Assembly: GCA_022709865.1 (NCBI GenBank)
Contig: JAKLIA010000001.1
Coordinates: 1-35,592, forward strand
Reading direction: 5' to 3'
DNA: 35,592 nucleotides
Source: Patescibacteria group bacterium
GTDB taxonomy: Bacteria; Patescibacteriota; Minisyncoccia; Portnoybacterales; GWB1-42-6
Position 1 is the first letter of the stretch; the number at the start of each line of letters is the position of its first letter. The translations under genes were made by a program, and so were the position numbers. This document shows positions 15,461 to 24,515 of the stretch, in pieces. A model generated the notes under the pieces. The model was not told the DNA's origin, searched no databases, and was given only the letters and a program-made list of their open reading frames with translations.

Positions 15461-17482
15461 ATGATTAACTCTGGTCTATTTTTTAATAGCGCTTTCTCTC
15501 AACAACATTTTGCCCTTATTGTTCTTGTGGTTCTTCTGGCTAATTTAATTGTCGGCGGGGTTATGTTACCGTACCAGCAAAACCAACGAGCTCAGGCAAT
15601 CTGGTCTTCTCTCGCCGTTCAAATCCCCCAGTGGATAACAGAAGTATTAGATTATGTTTGGAGCGGAATTCAAGAAGCTTATACCGGCGCTCAAGCAGCA
15701 ATTTCTGCCGCTACAGCATTATGGGAAAAAGGAAATACTATTTTAAAAGAAGCAGCCAAGATTGCCTGGAACATTCTGAGAAAACAGCTGCTTAATATGA
15801 TAGTTAATGATATTGTTAAATGGATTCAAAACGGCACCACACCAAGGTTTGTGACTGATTGGCAAGGCTTTTTAACCAAAGCCGCCGACACAGCAGCTGG
15901 CAATTTTATAAGCCAATATCTTGGTATGGGCTTTTTATGCGACACCTTCGACTTTAAACTAAAAATTGCCCTATCAAAACCCCAAGAGTTTAATGAATCG
16001 GCCATTAAATGCACTCTTTCTAAAATAACCTCCAATATTAATAATTTCTTTAATAATTTTTCCAATGGCGGCTGGGCTGGCTGGATAGAGGTTTCTGAAA
16101 CCCAAAATAATATTATGGGGGCAACCCTGATGGTTCTAGACCAAAAATATGATGTAATGGCCAAAGCCCAAGAAGCGGCAAAAAATGAAGTATCCTCAGC
16201 TGCTGGGTTCGAAGGCGATAAAGTTTGTTCCCAAAGACAGTGTGTTGATCCTATGGTTGGCGAAACATACAAAGAGACCTATTCTGGCTCGTCTCTTGGC
16301 TGGACCAAAGAGCAGATGAGCTCTTCTTGCACCTGCTTGAAATGGGAAATTAGGACTCCGGGCCGAGTAGCCGGAGACGCTCTTTCGCAAGCTGCAGGCG
16401 TTGATATTGAAAATCTTATACAATCCAAAGAGTTTGCCGAATATGCCGCCGCGATTATTGATGCCGTCATTAATCGAGTTATCAAAGAAGGCGTAGCAGC
16501 GATGAAAACCGGAGCTGGCAGCTCTGGCGCATCGGGGCCAGGTATAACTACTGCGACACCTCCCATTGTGAACATCTCTCCGTATACCAACGCTTCAAAC
16601 GCCGGAGCAGAGATTAAGGCCCTCAATGCGCAACAAGAATTGCTAAAAGAAAACCTAAAAAACGTTATTACAGACTATCAAGCAAGCGTGAGCATCCTTG
16701 ATTCCATAAAAAACGCTCAAAATAATACTCTCGACAGCCTAAAAGACATTGTTCAAAATAATTGCACCGTACCTTCTGGAGTAACAATAACCCAAATCCC
16801 CAACACCCAAAGCACGTCCACCACCTGCGTTATAACTAACAATTACCGAGCTTGCCCTTGTACCGACACCCTTACAGAAAAAATTAAATTCACTATTCCG
16901 GGAACAGGGGAAGGTTTATTTTTAAAAACCACCAATCTACAATATAACACTATCACCGAATTTAATGTTTGCGAACTAAACCAAACAATAATTAAATACG
17001 AAAAAATATCCTCTTCCGTAGCCATTGAAAATGAAATAGCCTCCGTCAATAAAAAAATATCCGAACTTCAAGATACAATAACAAAAGTTGATATAGCGAT
17101 CAAAGACTCCCTAGATTATAAAAAAACGGCCGAAAATTATATGGCCCTCTATGAAGAATGGCAAAACAGCGGGGGATTAAATAATAATATCTCCACCAGC
17201 ACCGCGGAGACAGCCATGAATACTGCTAAGACCAAAGCAATTGCATCTAACCAAGCCTTACTTTCTAGCAGTTCTACCGATTTTAGCGACTTCACACAAG
17301 AAACAACTACAAAGTCTGGAAGAACAGCAACAGACCGACAAGAAATTATGACCAGAAAAGGATTCATACAAGATTGTGCTTATGCTCAATCTGGATCTTA
17401 TTATAAAGATCTCTGTAATGCTCAAACAGTTGAATTAACTTATAAAAACGCCCGGAATAGTTGCATGGGAGTAGACTTTTAG
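15461..17482 (+). CDS. Large Cys-containing extracytoplasmic protein, unknown family (operon gene 2)
   Basis: 673 aa with an N-terminal TM (FALIVLVVLLANLIVGGVMLPY). 14 Cys residues, several in CxC or Cx3C pairs. The C-terminal half has Asn/Thr/Ser-rich and coiled-coil-like segments. Confidence 0.6.
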   Translation: MINSGLFFNSAFSQQHFALIVLVVLLANLIVGGVMLPYQQNQRAQAIWSSLAVQIPQWITEVLDYVWSGIQEAYTGAQAAISAATALWEKGNTILKEAAKIAWNILRKQLLNMIVNDIVKWIQNGTTPRFVTDWQGFLTKAADTAAGNFISQYLGMGFLCDTFDFKLKIALSKPQEFNESAIKCTLSKITSNINNFFNNFSNGGWAGWIEVSETQNNIMGATLMVLDQKYDVMAKAQEAAKNEVSSAAGFEGDKVCSQRQCVDPMVGETYKETYSGSSLGWTKEQMSSSCTCLKWEIRTPGRVAGDALSQAAGVDIENLIQSKEFAEYAAAIIDAVINRVIKEGVAAMKTGAGSSGASGPGITTATPPIVNISPYTNASNAGAEIKALNAQQELLKENLKNVITDYQASVSILDSIKNAQNNTLDSLKDIVQNNCTVPSGVTITQIPNTQSTSTTCVITNNYRACPCTDTLTEKIKFTIPGTGEGLFLKTTNLQYNTITEFNVCELNQTIIKYEKISSSVAIENEIASVNKKISELQDTITKVDIAIKDSLDYKKTAENYMALYEEWQNSGGLNNNISTSTAETAMNTAKTKAIASNQALLSSSSTDFSDFTQETTTKSGRTATDRQEIMTRKGFIQDCAYAQSGSYYKDLCNAQTVELTYKNARNSCMGVDF

Positions 17483-17503
17483 TTTTTCTAGCGCCTTCCG
17501 TTT

Positions 17504-19345
17504 ATGCCAACCCTAACTAAAAACAAAAAAATCGCAATCGGTTTTATCTCGGTTTTTTTAGTTTTGGGTTCTATCTTTGTTTTTAATGTTTCCAACGCTC
17601 AAGCTGGCTTTCTTGATGCCATAACAAAGCCGGGGGATTTTGTAATGGAGGTGCTGGCGTGGGGAGCATATGGGATTTTATGGCTATTCAGCAAATTGAT
17701 AGCCATAGCAGCTTTTCTTTTGGAAACATCGTTCAAAATAGAGGACATCGGATTTACTAAGGCATCGATCGTAACTAACGGCTGGGAAGTAACCCGTGGG
17801 CTTTGCAATATGATATTTGCGCTTCTTTTATTATTAATGGCCTTTGACACAATTTTACAAACCGATAAGTTTCCGGTTAAGAGCATCCTACCCAAGTTAA
17901 TCATTGTTGCCCTAACAATTAATTTCAGCTTGATGCTCCTGGGCATTATTATTGATTTTTCCCAAATCCTCACGCGTTATTTCATCGATGCAGCCGGCGG
18001 TTCTTCCGGCAGCATTTCAGAACAATTAGCCAATAGCCTTAATATTGCCAAAGTTTTCCAAGTTAACACCAACCTCAACGACACTGCCAATATTCAAAAA
18101 AGTCTTGGTGGCGGCTCAGCTAGCCTGCTCCAAATATTTGGCACCCTGGTTTTTGGAATAGTAATCATATTAATTGCCACTTTTTCTTTAGCGGCCGGAG
18201 CAATTTTTATGCTCCTTCGATTAGTCTCTCTTTGGGTTTTATTGATTTTTGCCCCCATTGCCTGGATGGGCATGATAGCGCCCTTGCCGGGGCTAAAAGG
18301 TTTTATTGATGATTGGTGGAATAAGTTTTTTAAATGGACTTTCTTTGCGCCAATTTACGCCTTCTTTATTTATCTAGCTGTTTCCGTTGCCAGCGTTTCA
18401 AGCCTTTTTAATATTGGGTCATCGGCCACCCAAAAAGCTATAGGCAATGTATTTGTTAGTGATTTCTTATCGGATATAGGAAAGCTAATGCAGTATATAG
18501 TTGTTATTGCCCTGCTTATTATGGGCATCAAAACCGCCGAGCAAGTCGGGCTTTCAGGCGCTAACACCGTAGTTGGCTGGGGTAAAAAAGCGGGAAGCAA
18601 ACTAAGAAGTTTGCCTCAAAAAGCATTCGAGGCTACCGGCATTCCTGGAGGCGTCAAAGAGCGCTACGGAGAGCTCAAAGATAAATATCTGGCCGCTCCT
18701 CTAGCAAAGAGACAGGCGCAAGTAGCGACGGCTTTAGGCTCAAGCAGCGCCCTAGAAAAAAATATGAAAACCAGGGCTGGAGAATATGAGAAAAATAAAT
18801 CTTTGCCGGATATTCAAAGCCTGGCCAAAAGAGGGGACGCTTCAGCGGTCTATGCCCTAGCCAATATGGGAGAAATAGATGCAGCAACTTATCAAGCCTT
18901 CAGCTCTAACAACAAAAATGGGAAAATACAAAAATCAGTTGACGTAAAAGTTGGCAAAAAAAGAGCTGATCTCGTTGCTTTTAACAACGCCAAAGAGAAA
19001 GCCAAAAAGATCCTTAAAGAGAAAGCAACAGATCCTACTTATGCCGCAATTAAGGCCGCCAATCCAACATGGAGCGATAATGATATAGCGGAACAAATTG
19101 AAGACGACACCGTTGAACAAGAGATAGGGAAACTAACAACAGAAAAATTAACCGACCTAAAATGGTCCGAAATAGAAAAGAACTTGCTTTCTGGAAGTAA
19201 AGATAGGACCAGGATGGCATCGGCAACCTTTAAGTCTCTTAGCTCAATGATTAGCAAACCGGGGGTTCAAGCTGACCTTGCCAAAAGGTTAAGTCCAACC
19301 GATGCAGCAGCCATAAATAAATTAGTCGGCACAAATATAGTTTAA
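17504..19345 (+). CDS. Polytopic membrane protein, VirB6/TrbL-like by topology and context
   Basis: 613 aa. Signal peptide ending NAQA, then about 7 TM helices with a loop after TM1, then a ~250-aa Lys/Ala-rich hydrophilic C-terminal tail. The assignment rests on architecture and position next to VirB3/VirB4-like genes, not on a diagnostic motif. Confidence 0.45.
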   Translation: MPTLTKNKKIAIGFISVFLVLGSIFVFNVSNAQAGFLDAITKPGDFVMEVLAWGAYGILWLFSKLIAIAAFLLETSFKIEDIGFTKASIVTNGWEVTRGLCNMIFALLLLLMAFDTILQTDKFPVKSILPKLIIVALTINFSLMLLGIIIDFSQILTRYFIDAAGGSSGSISEQLANSLNIAKVFQVNTNLNDTANIQKSLGGGSASLLQIFGTLVFGIVIILIATFSLAAGAIFMLLRLVSLWVLLIFAPIAWMGMIAPLPGLKGFIDDWWNKFFKWTFFAPIYAFFIYLAVSVASVSSLFNIGSSATQKAIGNVFVSDFLSDIGKLMQYIVVIALLIMGIKTAEQVGLSGANTVVGWGKKAGSKLRSLPQKAFEATGIPGGVKERYGELKDKYLAAPLAKRQAQVATALGSSSALEKNMKTRAGEYEKNKSLPDIQSLAKRGDASAVYALANMGEIDAATYQAFSSNNKNGKIQKSVDVKVGKKRADLVAFNNAKEKAKKILKEKATDPTYAAIKAANPTWSDNDIAEQIEDDTVEQEIGKLTTEKLTDLKWSEIEKNLLSGSKDRTRMASATFKSLSSMISKPGVQADLAKRLSPTDAAAINKLVGTNIV

Positions 19346-19349
19346 CCTA

Positions 19350-20633
19350 ATGATAAAAGATTCTTTTATAAAATCTCTCCAAGAGTTTCAAGATGCCAAG
19401 AATTATAATCCTTGGCTTGTTTCTACTACAAAAAACCCGAGTGATGAAACGCCAGAAAAAGTAGAAGAAAGGCAAAAAAAGTTTTTGCAAATACCAGAAT
19501 CCGCACAAAACATATTAGCTTCACAAGATACAGCTAATATTATAAAAAAAATTAGCCAAGACCTTAAACTAACGCTTTGGCAAGCCGCTGAGATATCCCG
19601 ATCGGTCAGGGCTTATTATTTTAGAGAAATGGCCCCAGCAGAGATTATTTCTTCCTTAACAATAAACGCCGACATAGACACAAAGCGAGCCGAAGAGATT
19701 TACCAAAGGCTAGCCACAGAGATTTTTAATGCCCGCCTCGCCAGCCAAAGAAAATTGATCTATTTGCCTATAGATAAGGCCTTAACTGAATATCCCAAGA
19801 TAAAGAAACAAGCGATTAGCTCAAACCCAATTAAGATCCGCGGTTTCATCGATTTGGTCGCGCCTTCGGTTGAAAACTGGCTTCAAGATTATAAAGAGAC
19901 CGCTGGAGCTCAAGACCATGAGGCCGACGAAAGAGCGGAATATCTTTTTAACAGTCAAAACACCAAAAACCTAGCACAGCAAGACCGGCAACAGCTTTCT
20001 AAAGTAATTGAAGCCGTCGACGAGAACTCTACTATTGGGATAGATCCGGATAACCAACTAATCATTTTTGAACGGGCAGAAACAGAAAGCGAAGAAAAAC
20101 AGATAAAACCACAGCCAAGCATCCAGGCGGTTTTTAGCCAAAAAACTCTTCGCCAAATAGCTAAGGATAACAAAGATTTGCTAAACCAAAACCTAACTAG
20201 CGCCCCGATAAAAATTGCCGATTTTGAGCAACCGGTCCGCCCCACAATTAAAAATTGGCTGGTGGATTATGTAAAAATTAAAGGGGCCGGGCACCACGAA
20301 TCCCTGGAACGCGGCGATTATTTATTTAGTAACCCCAACGCCAAGCAATTATCAGAAACAGAGCGAAACTTAGTCTCGGCCATATTAAAAGCCTATGATG
20401 ATGATCTGCCTTTGCCTGTTAATGCTCAAGATCAAACTATTCTATTAGAAAATATAATAACAGAGAAAACAATTGCCCAGGCGCCTATTTCGGCCACCTC
20501 CTTAAATACTCCCAGCGGCTACCGAGAACCAATTGCCAAAGAAGATTTAATCGGGCCGCTAAAGAACCAAACACCACCGAAAAACACGCCCAAATTAAGC
20601 GGCAATATCATTGATTTAAAAGATATACAATAA
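19350..20633 (+). CDS. Soluble hypothetical protein with an internal ~85-aa duplication (operon gene 4)
   Basis: 427 aa with no TM. Repeat A covers aa ~157-241 (PIKIRGFIDLVAPSVENWLQDYKETAGAQDHEADERAEYLFNSQNTKNL...). Repeat B covers aa ~283-367 (PIKIADFEQPVRPTIKNWLVDYVKIKGAGHHESLERGDYLFSNPNAKQL...). Confidence 0.6.
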   Translation: MIKDSFIKSLQEFQDAKNYNPWLVSTTKNPSDETPEKVEERQKKFLQIPESAQNILASQDTANIIKKISQDLKLTLWQAAEISRSVRAYYFREMAPAEIISSLTINADIDTKRAEEIYQRLATEIFNARLASQRKLIYLPIDKALTEYPKIKKQAISSNPIKIRGFIDLVAPSVENWLQDYKETAGAQDHEADERAEYLFNSQNTKNLAQQDRQQLSKVIEAVDENSTIGIDPDNQLIIFERAETESEEKQIKPQPSIQAVFSQKTLRQIAKDNKDLLNQNLTSAPIKIADFEQPVRPTIKNWLVDYVKIKGAGHHESLERGDYLFSNPNAKQLSETERNLVSAILKAYDDDLPLPVNAQDQTILLENIITEKTIAQAPISATSLNTPSGYREPIAKEDLIGPLKNQTPPKNTPKLSGNIIDLKDIQ

Positions 20634-20636
20634 TTT

Positions 20637-20921
20637 ATGCGCTTTAATGTTCCGCAATTCGTTGATATTGAAGATACCATTATTGGGCCGCTAACGCTTA
20701 AACAATTTTTTCTGGTGATTGGCGGGGGAGTTGTGATCGCTATCTTGTGGTATATGTTCAAGCTTTGGTTTGTTTTTTTATTAGGCGTGCCTTTGGCGCT
20801 GGTTATTATAGCGATAGTCTTTGTTAAGATAGGTGGCCGGCCCATTACCCAAATTTTTACTTCTTGGCTGAATTATTGGATCAAACCCAGATTTTATACT
20901 TGGAAAAAAAGTAATAAATAA
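20637..20921 (+). CDS. PrgI/VirB3-like small membrane protein
   Basis: 94 aa. N-terminus MRFNVPQFVDIEDTIIGPLTLKQFF is followed by two TM helices. This is the pattern of PrgI-family (VirB3-analogue) proteins that precede VirB4 in Gram-positive-type T4SS. Confidence 0.6.
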   Translation: MRFNVPQFVDIEDTIIGPLTLKQFFLVIGGGVVIAILWYMFKLWFVFLLGVPLALVIIAIVFVKIGGRPITQIFTSWLNYWIKPRFYTWKKSNK

Positions 20922-20932
20922 TAATTTATTTT

Positions 20933-21562
20933 ATGGCTGCTCCGGTGCAACAAAAAATTGTGGTTGAAGAAATAAAAGAGGGGGTTGTTATCTTAAAAGG
21001 CGGCGATTTGCGCGGCGTTTTAATGGCTTCTTCTATTAACTTTTCTTTAAAATCCACCGATGAACAAGATTCTTTGATCTTTAAATACCAAAGTTTTTTA
21101 AACTCCCTTGATTTTCCTATTCAGATATTAATGGCCTCTCGGCATTTGAACATCGAAGAATACTTGGCTTCTGTTGAACAAAAAAGAAAAGAGCAAGACA
21201 ACGAATTATTGCAAATCCAAATCGCCGAATATTATGATTTTATAAAAAACTTAGTTGAGGTCGGCAATATTATGGACCAATCTTTTTTTGTTGTTGTGCC
21301 CTTGGCGCGCGTAGAAAAAAAAGAATCTGGAATAATTGAAAAATTAGGGATATTCCAAAGCTCAAAACCCAAAGGAAACGAAGAAACCAAGAGCTTTGAC
21401 GAATTAAGAGTTCAGCTTTGGCAAAGGCTAGAGTATGTGGGTTCGGGCCTGGCCGGCATAGGTATAAAGTCCACCATCTTAAATACAGAAGAATTAACCC
21501 AACTTTTCTATCGAATGTATAATATGGGCTCAAAAAATGTGCCCACCACCCCAAAAGAATAA
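20933..21562 (+). CDS. Hypothetical protein resembling a stand-alone VirB4 N-terminal-type domain
   Basis: 209 aa. The segment IVVEEIKEGVVILKGGDLRGVLMASSINFSLKSTDEQDSLIFKYQSFLNSLDFPIQILMASRHLNIEEYL follows the same pattern as the N-terminus of VirB4/TraE-type ATPases. It is in the same reading frame as the downstream VirB4 gene, separated by two stop codons. Confidence 0.45.
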   Translation: MAAPVQQKIVVEEIKEGVVILKGGDLRGVLMASSINFSLKSTDEQDSLIFKYQSFLNSLDFPIQILMASRHLNIEEYLASVEQKRKEQDNELLQIQIAEYYDFIKNLVEVGNIMDQSFFVVVPLARVEKKESGIIEKLGIFQSSKPKGNEETKSFDELRVQLWQRLEYVGSGLAGIGIKSTILNTEELTQLFYRMYNMGSKNVPTTPKE

Positions 21563-21592
21563 TCAAAAAAATAATTCCTGCACTTCATCTTT

Positions 21593-23404
21593 ATGCCATT
21601 TGATTTTTTCAAAAAACCAAACCCCGCTATAAATAATCCAGCAGTAAATCTGTCTTCGCCTTTTGAGGGCTCGCCGGAAACCAGCGGCCCCACAATAAAA
21701 GATTTGATCTCGCCAGCGGGCATTAAAATAGAATCTAGCTATCTGCAAGTTGACCAAAAACTTGCCCGCACCCTTTTTGTTTTTACTTACCCCCGGTATT
21801 TGTCCACCAATTGGTTCTCGCCGATCATGTCCCTGGATAAAGAGTTCAATGTCTCCATGTTCGTGCACCCGATAGAAACCCCTTGGATAATGAACCAGCT
21901 AAAGAAAAAAGTGGTTCAAGTCCAATCACAAATCAATGAACGCCAAGAAAAGGGGCAAGTGAGAGACCCGATGCTAGAAACAGCTTTAAATGATATTGAA
22001 GCTCTCCGGGATAATTTATTGCAGGGCAATGAAAAGTTTTTTAAGTTTGGCCTTTATATCACTATTTTTGGCGATAATGAGAAAGAATTAAATGACCTGG
22101 AAAATGAGATGCGCTCTCTCCTTGAAGGCCGCATGGTCTATATCAAGCCCGCCTCCTTCCAGCAAGAACAGGGCTTTAATTCCACTTTGCCAATGGCTAA
22201 AGACGAGCTACAGATCCACACTTCAATGAATACCGGGCCCCTCTCCAGTACCTTTCCCTTTGTCTCGGTCAATCTATCTGATAACAAAGGAGTTTTCTAC
22301 GGCATTAACCGGCATAATAATTCCTTGATCATTTTTGACCGTTTTAGTCTGGAGAACGCCAACGCCGTGGTTTTTGCCAAATCCGGCTCTGGCAAAAGCT
22401 ACACGGTTAAATTAGAGGTTTTGCGTTCTTTAATGATGGGAACGGACGTTATTATTATTGACCCGGAAAACGAATACCAATATCTAGCTGAAACCGTCGG
22501 CGGCTCTTTTATAAAGGTCTCTCTTAATTCCCCAAACCACTTAAACCCCTTTGACCTGCCAATTCCAGCCAAAGGAGAGCAGCCCGGAGACGTTTTGCGC
22601 TCTACCATAATTACCTTGGTAGGATTGTTGCGTATAATGCTTGGGGGCATTTCAGCAGCCGAAGATTCTATTATTGACCGCGCTATCAGCGAAACTTATG
22701 CTTCACGGGATATCACTCCGCAATCGGATTTTTCTAAGATCACTCCGCCGCTGCTTTCTGATCTTTATTCCATTTTAAAAAATACCGAAGGTGGCGCTTC
22801 ATTGGCTTCGCGCCTGGAACGTTTTATTACCGGGTCGTACTCGGGGCTATTTAATCAGCACACCAATGTTGAATTAAAAAATAAATTAATTTGTTTCTCT
22901 ATCCGCGATATGGAAGATGAGTTGCGGCCTATCGCCATGTACGTAGTGCTGCACTATATCTGGAACACCATTCGAGGCGAGCTTAAACGGCGAATCCTGG
23001 TGGTGGACGAAGCCTGGGTTATGATGCGCCACGATGATGCCGCCTCTTTCCTTTTTGGCATTGCTAAGCGTTGCCGTAAATATTATTTAGGGCTAACTAC
23101 TATCACACAAGACGTCGCTGACTTTATGAACTCGCCCTATGGCAAACCGATCGTCACCAACTCCTCGATGCAGATCCTTCTGCGCCAATCGCCGGCCACT
23201 ATTGATATTATTCAAAAAACCTTCAACCTAACCGAGCAAGAAAAATATTTATTGCTGGAATGCGGAGTGGGGGAGGGAATATTTTTTGCTGGGCTGCAGC
23301 ATGCCGCAATAAAAATTACCGCTTCTTATACCGAAGACCAGATCATAACTTCCGATCCGCGACAATTATTAAAAATCGAGAAAGCTAAAGAAGAATTAGC
23401 TTAA
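21593..23404 (+). CDS. virB4: VirB4/TraE/PrgJ-type T4SS ATPase
   Basis: 603 aa. N-terminal domain ISPAGIKIESSYLQVDQKLARTLFVFTYPRYLSTNWFSPIM, Walker A VVFAKSGSGKSYTVK (around nt 22384), DPENEY, Walker B RRILVVDEAW (around nt 23000) and GLTTITQDVADF. Confidence 0.8.
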   Translation: MPFDFFKKPNPAINNPAVNLSSPFEGSPETSGPTIKDLISPAGIKIESSYLQVDQKLARTLFVFTYPRYLSTNWFSPIMSLDKEFNVSMFVHPIETPWIMNQLKKKVVQVQSQINERQEKGQVRDPMLETALNDIEALRDNLLQGNEKFFKFGLYITIFGDNEKELNDLENEMRSLLEGRMVYIKPASFQQEQGFNSTLPMAKDELQIHTSMNTGPLSSTFPFVSVNLSDNKGVFYGINRHNNSLIIFDRFSLENANAVVFAKSGSGKSYTVKLEVLRSLMMGTDVIIIDPENEYQYLAETVGGSFIKVSLNSPNHLNPFDLPIPAKGEQPGDVLRSTIITLVGLLRIMLGGISAAEDSIIDRAISETYASRDITPQSDFSKITPPLLSDLYSILKNTEGGASLASRLERFITGSYSGLFNQHTNVELKNKLICFSIRDMEDELRPIAMYVVLHYIWNTIRGELKRRILVVDEAWVMMRHDDAASFLFGIAKRCRKYYLGLTTITQDVADFMNSPYGKPIVTNSSMQILLRQSPATIDIIQKTFNLTEQEKYLLLECGVGEGIFFAGLQHAAIKITASYTEDQIITSDPRQLLKIEKAKEELA

Positions 23405-23409
23405 AACTT

Positions 23410-23757
23410 ATGCCGGAAACAGATAATAAACAAACGAACGAAAAACAATCCACCCCCTTCCCCTCAGGCATGCTTTGTTTGGCTATTTTATTTGATCTGA
23501 TCGGCTTGGTTCCTATTCTTAATTTTTTTACTGAAACTCTGGCCGGATTAATCTTTGGCATGTGGCAATCTTCTTATAACCCCAAGCTTGATCCGGTTCT
23601 TTCTTTCTTTATAGCCAAAATAATTGATGTTGCCTCGCTTGGGATCTTGCCCAGCAACACCGGCATTGTTGTTTATTCTTATCTAAAAAAGAAAGCAGCC
23701 AGCGCGGCACAAACTCCTGCGGGAATGGCCCTGGCCAATAAAATGCTAAAAAGCTAA
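23410..23757 (+). CDS. Small membrane protein (operon gene 8), unknown function
   Basis: 115 aa with 2-3 hydrophobic helices (MLCLAILFDLIGLVPILNFF, LAGLIFGMW, IIDVASLGILP...IVVYSYL). 5-nt gap from virB4. Confidence 0.5.
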   Translation: MPETDNKQTNEKQSTPFPSGMLCLAILFDLIGLVPILNFFTETLAGLIFGMWQSSYNPKLDPVLSFFIAKIIDVASLGILPSNTGIVVYSYLKKKAASAAQTPAGMALANKMLKS

Positions 23758-23761
23758 AAAT

Positions 23762-24511
23762 ATGCTCAATAAAATTAAAAAATCAATTCTCATAAATCTC
23801 TTGCTGTTAATCGCACTAATTAGCATTGGACTTTATATTGCCGAGCAAACACCCAGCGCCAACGCCGGCACTAATGATTTTTTAATGACCTGGTCCAGCA
23901 ATTCTTATATCCCGCCGCAATACGCCGGCAAGGCTTTGCCTACCATTGGAACAACAGTAGAAATAGTGGTTTTGCCTGTTAAAAAACTTTCTCAAGACGC
24001 AGACGCTTTTACCTATCTTTGGGTGTTAGATGGTAAACAAGCCTATTCTTCCCAGGGGAAAGGAAAAAGCTCTTTCCAATTCCAAATTACCAAATGGGAC
24101 GGGGATAAACATGAAGTCGAAGCTCGGGTGTTAGACGCACAAGAAAATATGCTTTGGCGGGGATTTTTAACTATAAAAGTCCGGCAGCCGCAAATATTAT
24201 TTAACACGCCAAACAACAACTATGCTGTTTCCGAATCTATGTCGGTGAACACAGGAAAAGAACTGACAATTTATGCTATTCCTTTATTTTTCCGCGCCAA
24301 CAAGATTTCAGATCTGGTTTTTAATTGGCAATTAAATGAACAAACCCTAACTCCCGCGCTAGGGGAGCAAAACCCGGACAAGCTGATCATCAAGGTTCCG
24401 GCTGGCACTTTATCTGGTTCTGTTTTTAAAAATCTGTCTTTGTCTATTCAAAATCCGCTAGATGCCCTGCAGCAAATATCCGCCGGCTTAAACATAGAAA
24501 TAAAACAATAA
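23762..24511 (+). CDS. Membrane-anchored secreted protein with two beta-sandwich-like repeats (operon gene 9)
   Basis: 249 aa with an N-terminal TM (ILINLLLLIALISIGLYIA). Two ~90-aa segments share an FxYxWxLDG-like pattern (FTYLWVLDGKQ and LVFNWQLNEQT). Confidence 0.5.
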   Translation: MLNKIKKSILINLLLLIALISIGLYIAEQTPSANAGTNDFLMTWSSNSYIPPQYAGKALPTIGTTVEIVVLPVKKLSQDADAFTYLWVLDGKQAYSSQGKGKSSFQFQITKWDGDKHEVEARVLDAQENMLWRGFLTIKVRQPQILFNTPNNNYAVSESMSVNTGKELTIYAIPLFFRANKISDLVFNWQLNEQTLTPALGEQNPDKLIIKVPAGTLSGSVFKNLSLSIQNPLDALQQISAGLNIEIKQ

Positions 24512-24515
24512 ACTC

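Noticed and set aside
18830-18838. RGD tripeptide in the C-terminal tail of the VirB6-like protein, considered as an integrin-binding or adhesion motif.
   Set aside because: A tripeptide occurs frequently by chance. The tail is predicted to be cytoplasmic or of uncertain topology, and there is no eukaryotic-host context.
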